A stretch of 64,000 nt of DNA from Pelomyxa schiedti (Eukaryota; Protista; Evosea). Location: the NCBI GenBank assembly GCA_020536535.1, contig JAHLWZ010000852.1:1-64000 (forward strand), in the 5' to 3' direction. The translations under genes and the position numbers were made by a program. A model generated the notes under the pieces. That model had not been told where the DNA came from and made no database searches. It saw nothing but the letters and a program-made list of their open reading frames with translations. The stretch's first letter is position 1. The number at the start of each line of letters is the position of its first letter. This document shows positions 1-11,600 of the stretch, piece after piece.

Positions 1-467
1 TTCTCTGTTTTTATTTTTCGATTTCTCACCCCAAAAACCAGGTGGTGTGGGTATCATGGAAGCATCACTGGCCTTCTGATCTCCAGCAGTTTGGCCACTA
101 GTCTGTGGCTTCTTCTTTCTTTCTTTCTTTCTTCTTTCTCCCAGTGTTGCACAGTGCTAGCGTTTTCGGCATTCCCGGCACAAGCGACACTGGTATGTGT
201 CTCCTTTTTTTCTTTTTCAGTCTCTCACCTCTATTATTATAGATGGTGCCTTGCCAGCTTCGTAGCTGAGAGCCTGTCACCAATTTACATCCCCTCTCCC
301 CTTTTATCTTCACCACACTCAACAATTTTACAGATGCCAGAAGGACCGGCATCCACCTCACCTCCACACCCGCCACCCTCTTGCCCTTGCGCACCCCACT
401 CTATCTCACATCTGTGCTCTGTGCCACTGCTGTGCTCCTCTACCCTCACCTCTTTGCCCTGGCCTGA
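1..467 (+). CDS. Probable 3' end of a spliced gene for a hydrophobic/membrane protein (partial, runs off the window)
   Basis: Plus-strand GT..AG introns with pyrimidine tracts (about 90-144 and from 193). Joined exons give VVWVSWSITGLLISSSLAT/MLHSASVFGIPGTSDT/DARRTGIHLTSTPATLLPLRTPLYLTSVLCATAVLLYPHLFALA* (TGA 465-467). No family recognised. Confidence 0.3.
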
Positions 468-895
468 TGCCCATTTTGGACATTTTTTTTTAAAGTTATA
501 TGAGTACCACGGAGGCAACCAACAGCCACGTTCTGGCATGGTGTGGTACCACACGGACCCCAGAAGGAAGAAAATAATTAAGAGATTAAAAGGAAAAAAT
601 TGTAAAATGACCGCCCTTGGGCTCCAGATATGCGTTGTGCTAGCTGGGGTACCAAACAGAGAAGGCGCTGTAGTACCAGGCTGTGTTCCAAATAAGCCAC
701 CAGTCGTAGTACCAGGACCAGGAGAACCAGTTCTTTCTCCTTCACAAGAAGTGATGAACAAGCCGCTTGTTCTCTGTCTGAGTACTAAGAAAAAGAAATA
801 ACAGGATTCCCAGATGCTGGTGCCGGTGAGATTCACTTCACTCTTGATTGTAGATATTCGCAGAAGATTGCAACAAAAAAAAAATACAAGGCAGA

Positions 896-2572
896 ATGGC
901 TGACAAGGTGCTACGGCCCGCCACTTTTTTATTTGTTTTTTGTTTGTCTGTTTTGCTTGTTGGTTGTTCTTTAGTCACCACGCGGAGTTCTCTTCAATTT
1001 GTAATAGTAAATACTCAGCCCACACAACATACTGCACTGAACCACACTTAACTTTGATGTAATAGTTCACAAGGGCAGAGTTGGAAAAAATGACTCTGCT
1101 GGAACTACGAGACCGGCTCAGGGAGAGGAAACTAAAAGTGGGCGGGCTCAAGGCCGAACTGGTCACAAGGCTACTCGAAAACGACGCGAGAAAGATTCTT
1201 GATGACGCCCCTTCGCCCTCGTCGGCTGATTCTGCTAAGGACACCCCAAGGGCTACTGCTTCAAGTGCTTCTTCGAACTGGTTGTGGCACCCCCCCCTTT
1301 TTTTTTCCCCTAATAAAAGTGTCAGCATCACTAACAAAACACAATATATAGTACTAGTACTAGCACAGCTACGTGCACTAGTAGTAGTGGGACAAGCGAG
1401 AATGAAAGGGAGGGAAGCTCCAATGATGATCAGCCTGTTGCCCCAAGGTCCAAGAGGCCGAGAAACACGAAGGGCGGTGCAGTGGAGGCAAATACTGTCC
1501 TAGTAATAAAGAAATCTGCTGGCCAAGCTGTACTAGCTACTACCACTGCTGATAATGACTCAGGTGAAAAATCAGATGACCCAGGGTTGGTCGAGGGTGA
1601 GGAAGGGTGCACTGGCACGCCTGCTGTTGTAACCAGTACGGCTGCGTCATCTGTTTTTGGCACAAAGTCGAAATCAGAACTAGCACTGGAGATCAAGCTT
1701 GCTGGAACTGATTTCGACTTCTTCCCGAAAAATAGCACATGGCGTGGTGTTCTTGACGGCTCCTTTAGGAAAGAATATTTTTATGAATTAATGAAGTTCG
1801 TTCAGCAGGAGAGACACTCAAAAGTGGTAAGAACTGCACTAATTTTTCTCATACTAACGACTGTAAGATATTTCCTCCCGCAAAGGATGTGTGGAATGCT
1901 TTCGAATGCACTCCGTTTGACCAAGTTAGAGTTGTAATTATTGGCCAGGATCCATATATCAACGCCGGTAAAGGTCTCTTTTAGTTTCAGTAACCTAAGG
2001 ATATTCAGGACAGGCCCATGGTCTTTGCTTCTCTGTCAAACGTGGGGTCGCTGTTCCGCCATCTCTGAAACGCATGTATGAAGAATTAAAACGGTCAATT
2101 CCTACGTTCCGTGCTCCAAACCACGGTTGCCTGGAATCCTGGGCCCGACAAGGTACAATTACCTTCCATCTCTGTAGAGCTGCTTTACTCACCTGGCCAT
2201 CAGGGGTATTCATGATTAATGCTACTTTAACCGTGGAGTCTGGGAAAGCAAACTCACACAAGGACAGTGAGTGGAGTACATTTACTGATGAAGTTGTACA
2301 AGTTCTCAATGAGAGAAAGAAAAACGTAGTAAGTATCTCTGTCTTCATGCATTTCCAAGTCACCAAAGTGATCCCAGATATATCTTCTCTGGGGAGCCTT
2401 TGCCAAGAAGAAAGGAGCCCGTATAAACAAACAGACCAACCATATACTTGTGGCCAACCACCCCTCTCCACAGTGTGGAACCAAGTTCATGAACTGCAAC
2501 CACTTTGTCAAAACCAATGAAATCCTGGAGTCTCTTGGCGAGAAACCCATTGACTGGCAGCTCCCTCCCTAA
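896..2572 (+). CDS. UNG: Family-1 uracil-DNA glycosylase with N-terminal SAP domain and Ser/Thr-rich linker
   Basis: SAP: [32 protein letters not shown] (1081-1180). UNG motifs after splicing: [64 protein letters not shown] (TAA 2570-2572). Start codon uncertain (ATG 896 or 1090). Confidence 0.92.
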
Positions 2573-2667
2573 CACCAGAACATAAAACCCCCACAGTACC
2601 ACTATGAATTGTATTCTCCCAAATAACAGAATGAAAGAAAAATAGAATAGTTTTGAATTCTTCCAGT

Positions 2668-4933
2668 TCAACACACGTACTCCAAACAATCAGTGCCAGA
2701 CCAACAGGCCTCACACCAGCCACAATGCCCGTCATACATGTCACATGCGTTTGCCGATGCCCCGCAGTGCCGTGGAGCACATGACATGTCACAGTTGGTC
2801 CCCCACCACCCCAAGTCACAGTAGGAGCACACCCCAGTGCCCATGTCGCATGCGTGTGCTGTTGTCCCACAATGGCGCGGTGGGTAGCACTGCAAGTCAC
2901 AGTTGTCCCCCCAGTATCCAAGGTCACAGTACGAGCATTCCCCGCTGTACTAGGAATATGAATCGTTGGGAGTGAGAAAGAGGTATAGTATTTGTTACAT
3001 TAAATTAAGTTACAACTATGAAATATGTAGGTTTCATTTATCTTACAAACCTGATCGCAGGCATGGGATGTGGTACCACAGTGCCGGCAATATTCAGAAG
3101 AGCAACAAGGTTGGTCACAGTAAGGGCCCCACCAGCCAAGGTCACAGTAGGAACATATGCCCTGTGAATCGCAGCTATCGCTGCCACAGTGTTCTGGGCA
3201 TTTGGTGCAAGTTACTCCTGGGCACGTGGGTGGATTATTTATGCAGGTAGAATTTCCGGGGAACGATTCATCCCACAGAGGGATGGTGAATGAGCCAAGG
3301 TTCTTGGGGAGACCAAGCGATATGGAAGAGCGAATGCTTGATGAAGTGGAAAGAAGCCCTTTGTAGTTGCCATTGGAATCCTTGCAGGGGCAGGTACTCT
3401 GTTCCCATGGCGGAGGAACAGAGAAGCCCACTTCTTCACTTCCGGAAATTGAAAGGGACAATGGAAACACCTTATCAATTGTAATCACAAGTGCTGGTTG
3501 AAGCCAGACAGATATCGTAGCACTACATCCAAATGACAGCTCTGGTGTCTCTTCATTGAAGTAGAAAGTGGATTCTGATTCAGCACCAAAGCCGTCATTT
3601 ACATCCCAGCTCATTTCAACTTTAACACTGGAAGAAGTAACTAAAACGGATTTTACTTCTGCCACATCTCCAATAGAGAGTGAAAACCCAGTGTAAAGCG
3701 TAAGGGCGGGACTGGCCACAAAAGGGATTCCAAGAACGAAAAATACAACTGACTTGAACGGCCATGATATAATAGGTTCACTTCCAGATGTGGATAGCTT
3801 GGCACCAACATATGCCACAGTTTCCAAAGAAACTGCAAGTTTTCCAGCTATTGAATACGAAAGGTGAATAAGTGAATGATTTGCTGTGATCACCTGCTGG
3901 AATTGAGAAATTCCTCAGTGAGAAATGAAACTACCTGCAAAGAAAGCATTGGCGTAAAATCAAACGATGGCAGTACTGTCACAGAGGACAGTGAATTGTT
4001 ATATAGAACATATGGATCGTCAGGTTCCCAGTGAATAACTAATGAAAAGTCTGCCCCAGGCACGGGTTCCGTAGAGTTGTTTGCAGTAGATAAATCCACT
4101 GGAATAGAGAAGTGCGAATCTGAGAACACATCCTCTATTCCTCCAAACTCAAATAGGTACTTCCAGTACCCAGAGTTCGCGAAGGAGTCACCTGTAAGGA
4201 GCATAATAAGGCCGCCGCAGTCCGGTGAGACCAAGGTATCACCCTACACGGAGTTTGTAACCAAAACAGAAGCGAAGTCATACTGATTTGATGTTGAGCG
4301 AATCTACAGCACTGTTCAATATGCGCACATTGTTGTCTGAGCCAGGACACTGTCCCTATGGAGTAGGGTAAGATAACAACAAGGAAACGAGAGGAAGAAA
4401 CACCTGATACAGGCTTCCAGTAGGCAACACTTTTACATTGGAACAAACAGTGGCAAAAGCTGCAGTTGTTGTGGCCTGTGCTGTGCTGACTTCATTGGTA
4501 GCAACGACTACTGCTGTGTAGTTTCCATATGGACCCTCATCAATAAAACTATGCACCACACGGTCCCCATATGCAGTCACATTGTCCTGTTGTACAGTAA
4601 TTCAAAATGAGATAACAAATAAAATTTAGTGACTGTTTGTTCTCAGTACAGAAATCCACTACTTTCTATAATCTATAAACTAATAGGTATATCTAATATT
4701 ACTAGCGATAATTTTCTCAAAGGTTCACCAACCTCAGGGAAGAACCACTGGTACACAACATTATCTCCAGTGGAAACCCATGCAATGAAAGTGACAGGGG
4801 ATCCAAATGCCACAGTGGCCTCAGGTGCAGCAACCAGCCCGCTTATGGGAGTTGAATCACGGCATAACACAAATTGCAGTACTGTGGACACTATTAAAAC
4901 AAGCCCACAGCGAAATGTTGTCGATTGTGCCAT
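2668..4933 (-). CDS. Secreted/surface protein: signal peptide, PKD-like domain, beta-rich region, C-terminal EGF/laminin-like Cys repeats
   Basis: N-terminus MAQSTTFRCGLVLIVSTVLQFVLC; PKD-like GSPVTF..TGDNVVYQWFF / VVHSFIDEGPYGNYTAVVVATNEVS; repeats of C..HCG....CD...G.C..CDLGWWG..C at 2690-3240. Last exon uncertain. Confidence 0.75.
2690..3240 (-). repeat. Intragenic tandem EGF-like repeats (about 40 aa unit, 4-5 copies, split by an intron)
   Basis: Recurring plus-strand nucleotide motif ccaa(g)gtcacagta(g)ga/cga, encoding CSYCDLGWWG, at about 2810, 2915 and 3135. Confidence 0.75.
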
Positions 4934-5230
4934 GTCGTCGCAATATTGTTACAATAAAATAAACCAACAAACGGCTCACATTTAAATGGTTGTAAGTTGC
5001 CCAGCAATTTCTGTTTGAACAGGTCTTTTTGGTGCCCAACACCAACCACACCAAGTTGGTTAGTCGGAACACTGGTCTTTGTCTTGAGACTCTCGAAAAC
5101 AACGATCGGGGCGTCGATTCATCGCGGGAAGCGACTTCTCTGGCAGCAGAAGTTTGTGTCCAAAGATTTCCCCTGTGAGAATCAATCAGGGCGACACGGT
5201 CCAACCGACAATTTGTCACAAATCGAAAAC

Positions 5231-8200
5231 ATGTCGTGGTTGTTGGACTCTGTTTCGCAGTGGTGGTCGTCGTCCGGATCTACGACAGCTTCTAGTGCGT
5301 CGTCTGCGAGTAGTGGTGGCTCTGGATCTACGCCCGCCACGTCTGCCGCGAAAACAGCCAGCAGCGGGGGTGGCCTGTTGTCCTTCGCCGGGAAGGCTTA
5401 CAAACACCAAGAATCTCGCAAAGCCGCTGATTACGATCACTTGGCCAAAGTGGTTTTGTGTGGTACGTATGCTTTCTTGGTTCCGACTTTTTTCCCTTTT
5501 ATCGTGGCTGGCTGACCTTGATTAAGGTGATAATGGAATTGGCAAATCATGCTTTTTAGTTCGCTTCACGTGAGTAGCTTAACACCTTTCTCTTTGTGTT
5601 GTGACCACATTTCAGTGAAAACAAATTCTTCCATGAAGGATTTGTTAGTACGATTGGAGCTGCTTTTGTAACTCCCTATCTGGCACTTCTTGTCATTTAA
5701 TATCCAATCAAAAAAAGAGAACAAGGTCAGTGGAGTTGGATGGACACATTTTCAAATTAGAAATGTGGGATACAACTGGTCAAGAGAGGTGAGCATTCTT
5801 TACAGGGGTTAAAGACTTAGTTTTGAACAAGATACCGCGCCATCACCCCAATGTATTATAGAGGTGCAGCAGGAGTGGTTCTTGGTTTGTGCGCATCAAT
5901 CAACCTCTTCCAACAAAATTATAGGCTATGATATCTCCAGTCGCGAATCATACGACAGGGCTATAAATCAATGGGTCAGTGAACTTTCTAGAACTGGTGG
6001 TGATACTAGCATCGTTCTTTGTGGGTTCAAGTCCGACTTGAACTCTCACCGCGCTGTTGCAACAGAAGAAGCTCAAGCAGCTGCCCAAGAGAGAGGCTTC
6101 TTATTCACAGAATGCAGTGCGAAAACAGGAGAGAATGTAGAGCGCGCCATGTTACTATTAGTTCAGCAGATAGCTAAGAAAACTCTTGGCATAGATCTAT
6201 CCTATGCAGCACCAGTATTTGACCGACGAAAGGCAGCAGTCGACTCCATATCCGATTCTCTTGATGAGGCAGAATATTTTGAGTACTTCTCCAGATTTGT
6301 CCTCTTTTTTTTGACGCTACTTTTATAGTGATGCCGACTTAGGCACAGACCTCCATTCGCTTTCAGCAAAGGTTCCTTCAACCAGTTCTACCCCCAGTAA
6401 GAAGCACAAAGTGCAAAAACTTGACGCCAACGTATTCCGCCTCAAGCTGGGTTCCTTGGCCGACCCGCTTCCTCTTGTAACTGGTGATCCTTGTACATGC
6501 AAATCCTGCGGGGTTATGTTTAATCACAAGAGCTCTCTAAAAACATTGCCCAGAGAGGAGGCTTCGCAGTTGTTCTTGGAGCAAGAAAAACGTATTGGGC
6601 CAGCGCCCCCTGTTGCCCCTTCAATACATCCCCGTTTTCAACAAAAACCTTCAACACCCTCCGAAGTATCCCCACCTTCAGAGAGTTGTCGTTTGTGGAC
6701 ATGTGAGTTTTGTGGCACCCACCAAGAAGCCACCATTGATGCAAGTGAAATCCCCGAAAGTGACTCATCAGAGTATCTTGTGACCCCAGTGCCTACGGCA
6801 ACAGCTTCTGCCTCTTCAAATATTATCTTTGTAATTGATACAAGTGGGAGCATGTCTGTAACTACGGAAGTAAGTGGAAAACTGGGGGATTTACTTTTAA
6901 TTTTCACCATAGGTGAGAACATCACAAAAAATCAAAGGAACTGCTGAACGCCTTGCCAAACTAAGCTCCGAAACCGGGGGTACACCGTCTACTGCGTTCA
7001 CAGGTGTCACCCATGTCAGCCGTTTGCAGTGCTTACAAATTGCTGTTGAGCAGCAGATGGAACGTGTGGCAAGAGAGTCACCTGATAAAAAAATAGGTTT
7101 TGACATTGCTGTATTACTGTTCTTGTATTTAACTTCTGCTTAGGCTTGATCTCATTTTCTAATGATGTCACTCTCATTGGAGATGGAAAGCAATCACCAG
7201 TAGTTGTTGCTGGAGATACTCTGAATTCCTGGGAGTCTTTAATGACTTGCGGAAAAGATTTCAAAATTGGGGCACGCATACGCGAGAGCCAACGGGATTT
7301 GGCAAAACGTTTATGGGAACTGGAAGAGTCTGGAGCAACAGCTCTTGGACCTGCACTACTGCTAGCAATTTGTATTGCGGGAGAAACTCCTGGCTCTTCC
7401 GTTGTGGTTTGTACTGATGGAATTTCAAACTGTGGACTTGGAAGCCTCGAGGGGAATTCAAGTGAGTTTGCGGCATTTTATGCCGAATGTGGGGAGCAAG
7501 CTCTTCTACGAGGTGTTACAGTGTCAGTTGTATCTCTTATTGGCACTTCATGTAAACTGGAAAGCCTGTCACAAGTAACGGAGAAGAGTGGGGGAACCAT
7601 ACAACGAGTGGACCCTTCAGGAGTTGCCAACCAGCTTAGTGCTTTGGTCTGTGCACCCCCCGTTATCGCATATGGTGGATTTGCAATGGTTTTACTGCAC
7701 AAGTTTGCCTTCAAAAAACCAATGCGGCCTAATTTCTCTCCAGGAGCATGCAATTTAGAGGTGAAATTGATGATGAAAGGGAGCAGAGACTGTGGCTAAT
7801 CAAAGATCTTGGGAATATAACAACAGCTTCGGAGTGCACATTTGGCTACCAGTTTAGGTGTGTAGAGCTTCGTCTCATCAAGGTGGCTAACTTGTGCCTT
7901 TAGACCAAAAGAGGAAGTTGATGTTAGTGCCCTAAATGAAGTGCCTTTCCAGGTTCAACTTCTATATACTCGCCCCGACGGATCAGTAAGACTACGCGTA
8001 AGCACTGCCTGCGTTGACACAACAGAGGACCGCACAGCCGCAGAGCAAACCGCCGATTTGAGCGTCGTAGGGGCCCACTGGTCCCGCAATGCCGCCAAAC
8101 TGGCGAAAGGAGGAGACTACGAAAGAGCACAGCTCCAGAACCGCGCGGCACAGAGAATGCTCAAGCGTGCTGGGGCTGGAACCCATACACTGGAGGAATT

Positions 8201-8336
8201 CAACTCCAAAGCAGACTGTGTTGATGCTGTGGCCCGCAAGGCAATCACAAAAGAAGCGGACCCTGTTCTCAACAACTTCATGCGCCTTGACCGGGACGAC
8301 GAGGACGCTGAGGCCATAAGCGGTGCCCTCTTCTGA
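5231..8336 (+). CDS. Rab-like GTPase fused to Sec23/24-type zinc finger + von Willebrand A + beta-sandwich (cpRas-protein-like C-terminal module)
   Basis: Spliced G motifs in canonical order: VVLCG/DNGIGKS (G1), STIG (G2), WDTTGQE (G3), GFKSD (G4), ECSAK (G5). Then CTCKSCG...WTCEFCG, IIFVIDTSGSM (MIDAS), LISFSNDV, GATALGPAL, VVVCTDGISNCGLG. TGA at 8334-8336. Confidence 0.85.
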
Positions 8337-8667
8337 TCCAAACAGACTAGGCAAACGCTAACAAGCACTGTCAAACCTGAAGATTCCCTGTGGTAACTTA
8401 TCACAACTGCAGAACAGACATCTATCTCTTTTTTGGCAAAAGCAACTTTTCTTTCCGGAAATGCGCAGGACCTTCTCATCGGGGATTTTTCTTCGCTGGC
8501 GTCTACGTCGTTTTTTGGATTTTCGGTTTAAGTTGCTGAAGTGATTGATCGTCCCAACTCGGTCAACTCATTTCACCTTCTTCTTTGGGATCAAGTCAAT
8601 TTGGTTTGGGTTCTCTTCAAAAGCAGAAGACCAACATCAAAAATTAAACAAATCCCGTGGTAACCAA

Positions 8668-11600
8668 ATGAGCTCCGCACCCAAAGAAGCCCTGTCGATA
8701 GGGCGCAACCGATCAAGCATTTCAATACACCTTGGTTCTGCAACTGACAACAACAACAACAACAACAACAAATACTTTCCCACTGTTGTGGCCCCCGTCG
8801 TGATGCCAAAGTACACCCGCAGTCTGAGCGCCAGTACGTTGGGAGATTCACCAATCGGCAGCAGTTCTCCCCCACCGATGGGTGACAAGGCCTCCACGTG
8901 GCAGAGCACGGGCCTGAGCACCAAACAGCGAGAAAACCGAGCGCAGCAGCTACAGCACCCGAGCACGGCCTCGCCCTCCGATTGGGACCCCAACCTCCAC
9001 CTAAACGAACTCGCGTCCCTGGGGCCACCCCCGCCGATCCCCACCGCTCGCACTTGTGGGACTGACGGCCTGACGACGCCGTCGCAGTCCCCGGAGCACT
9101 TTTTCTGCAGCTCGGCCGACGCCTCCCCCAACCTGCGGCCCATGACGCCGTGCTCGCTAGACCGCGTGGCGACGCCCACGCAGCTGCAGTCCCCGTCGCT
9201 CTCGCACTGCGGCGACGGCTCCTTCTCCTTCTCGTCCTCGCCGCTGCTGCTGCCGCCGCCCGCGGTGGCCCCGCGGCCCCTGACTCCGTCCGCGGCGTCG
9301 ATATCCACGCCGCCGATCTCGCCCTCGCACTCGCCGTCGCTGCCGCTCCCGACGGCGCCGGCGCCCCCCCCGCCGATGTGCGTCGCGCCGCAGCGGCCGC
9401 ATTCCGTCTCCCCGCAGCCGTCTCCTTCTACCTCCCCGCACCCGCCTCTTTCCATTTCGCCCCAGCCGCCGGTTTCTCTTTCGCCACCCACGGTGAATAT
9501 GTGTATATATTCTCCTGGTGTGGCTCCGGTGCCCACGCCACCTCATTCACCTTCGCCACAGCCACCAGTTTCGCCTTCAGTGCGGCCAATGAGCATGTGT
9601 CAATATACTTCTTCTCCAGCTATCGCCACACCGCCCATTGATCCGGGTTTTGCCCCTGTGCACCCACAGCTGGAAGCTATGATGAAGTACTCTAAATTTC
9701 TCATAGTTCTTATTTTCTCATAGTTGAAAAGGTCGTCGTCATCGACTATGATAACTATTGCTGCTGCCGAGGGTATTTTTAGTAATTTGCCAACAAGAGC
9801 CACAATATTCCTCAGTGGTCAACAAAGATCATTCACCGCATCAGGGGGAGTTGTATCAGTGTCATTCGCACAGCCGTTTCCAAGCACAGCCAAAGTATTT
9901 GGTTGGCTCTTTGGTTATACTACCGAAGCCCCGTTCACCACTGTTCATAGCTCCAAAATTCTTGCTTCCCCCACAGGTGGGTTTACCCATCACCACGTAC
10001 CGAAATTTAAAGCCCCTAAGTTAAAAATCACCACATTAGTGGTGCCCGCTCCCCTCTTCCTCTTCAAATTGGACCAACCAAATCCCACAACAGGGTTCAC
10101 TGCCGCAGTTGAAGGGAATTCAGAGATGTGTTGGATTGCATTTGTAACTCCCGTCACGGCACCAGCACTGAAAGAGGCAGTGAGGTTCATACAAGCCTCA
10201 CCGCGAGGGTTGAGCAAGCAGTTGGTGGAAAAAATTGAGGCGAGCCTCAAGGTATCATCACATTCCACAATTCGTCCATTACCTACCGTTTGTATTTTGT
10301 CACATGTCTCATCCAGGAGGGAACTGTTAATGCAAAAGGGGATACCGGTCTAACCCTTTTACATACTGCTGCATATGCTGGAAACTCCGAAGTTGTGAGC
10401 TATCTTGTGGAAAAAGCGGCAAAAATTGATCCCAGAGTATGAGACAGATTTGTAACTGTAATTTTACTTAATGGATATTTTTTTATCACAGGACGATCTG
10501 GGTATAACACCTTTACTGTATGCAGTTAGCATCAAAATCCAATAATTAATAGTGTTCCCTCCTCTGCAAAAACAAAAAGTGCAGCAATCTCATCTGGGCA
10601 CTTCGACGTTGCCAATCTACTTATTGAAAAGGGTGCCAGGCCGTGGCATCGAACAAAAAGAGGACAAACTGCACTGCACTTTCTTGCAAAATCCTTCCGA
10701 TCTGACTCAGCGTCAAGTCTGGTTGAATGCCATCTTATTTTATACCTAACGCATTAACTTCGTAAATAGCTTCTCCGCACGCTCTTGGTGTCCAAAATTG
10801 ACGTGAATTCACAAACGGACACCGGCGACACTGCATTGATGATGGCTTGCTCTGTACCGGACCCGTATTTTGACTTCATATCTTCTCTCATCTTCGCAGA
10901 GGCAAACCCTTGTGTGCCCTCTCTCCAGATCTTTTTTTTTTTTCCCTCTTGGGATGCTGGCATTTGACTAACGTTTCCAAAAAGATATTGAGAACAATAA
11001 TGGGGAGTCCCCCGCGATGAAGGCGAAGGCCTCTGGGAACACTCAGTTAATAGATGCCCTTTCCAGGTGTGTTCCAAACATTATTGCTATTTTGTGATGT
11101 TGCGCAATGTCTAGCATGTGTAAAGGAGAAACAGCATCCAACTCACCAAATGGAAAGTCTACCCCTAATGAACAACGCATTCCCCTTCCAGCATCACTAT
11201 CACCCCCTTCCACAGCTGTGGATTTGGAGCTTGTGTGGCGTGTTTTCGAAAAGATTTCTCCTACTGCTTCTCTGTTTCAAAGTGGACGATTTAGAGCCCA
11301 TTACACCAGGCAGCATATCGACTTTGTAACACCATATCACACCCGACCTCATGTTTCTGTGTGGTCACTTAGTGGGACACAGTCACGAATTCCAACCAAA
11401 AGGATTGCACCAACTCTCAAAGGCAAGTAAAATCCCTCACCTCGCCTATTTTTGGTTTTTCAATTTCGCTGAGTGGGAACAGGGTTTGATGTGGATCTGG
11501 AGAGAGAGGGCCTTACATTTGGCACCTCTCTGAGTTGGATTGCCACTGATACACATTCAAAAAAGCCGGTATTTGGTTTTTGTCAAATGTAGGAACAAAC

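Noticed and set aside
2690-3240. Regularly spaced repeats as a CRISPR-like array
   Set aside because: They are in-frame, degenerate EGF-like coding repeats, not identical repeats with unique spacers; the Cas4-like fold at 54-56 kb has no associated array or cas genes.
8334-8396. TGA after the VWA gene followed by about 20 open codons, suggesting UGA recoding or read-through
   Set aside because: TGA is a normal stop in other intact genes here (e.g. SET at 48866), and no conserved domain in an intact gene contains an in-frame TGA; a 20-codon open tail is expected by chance.
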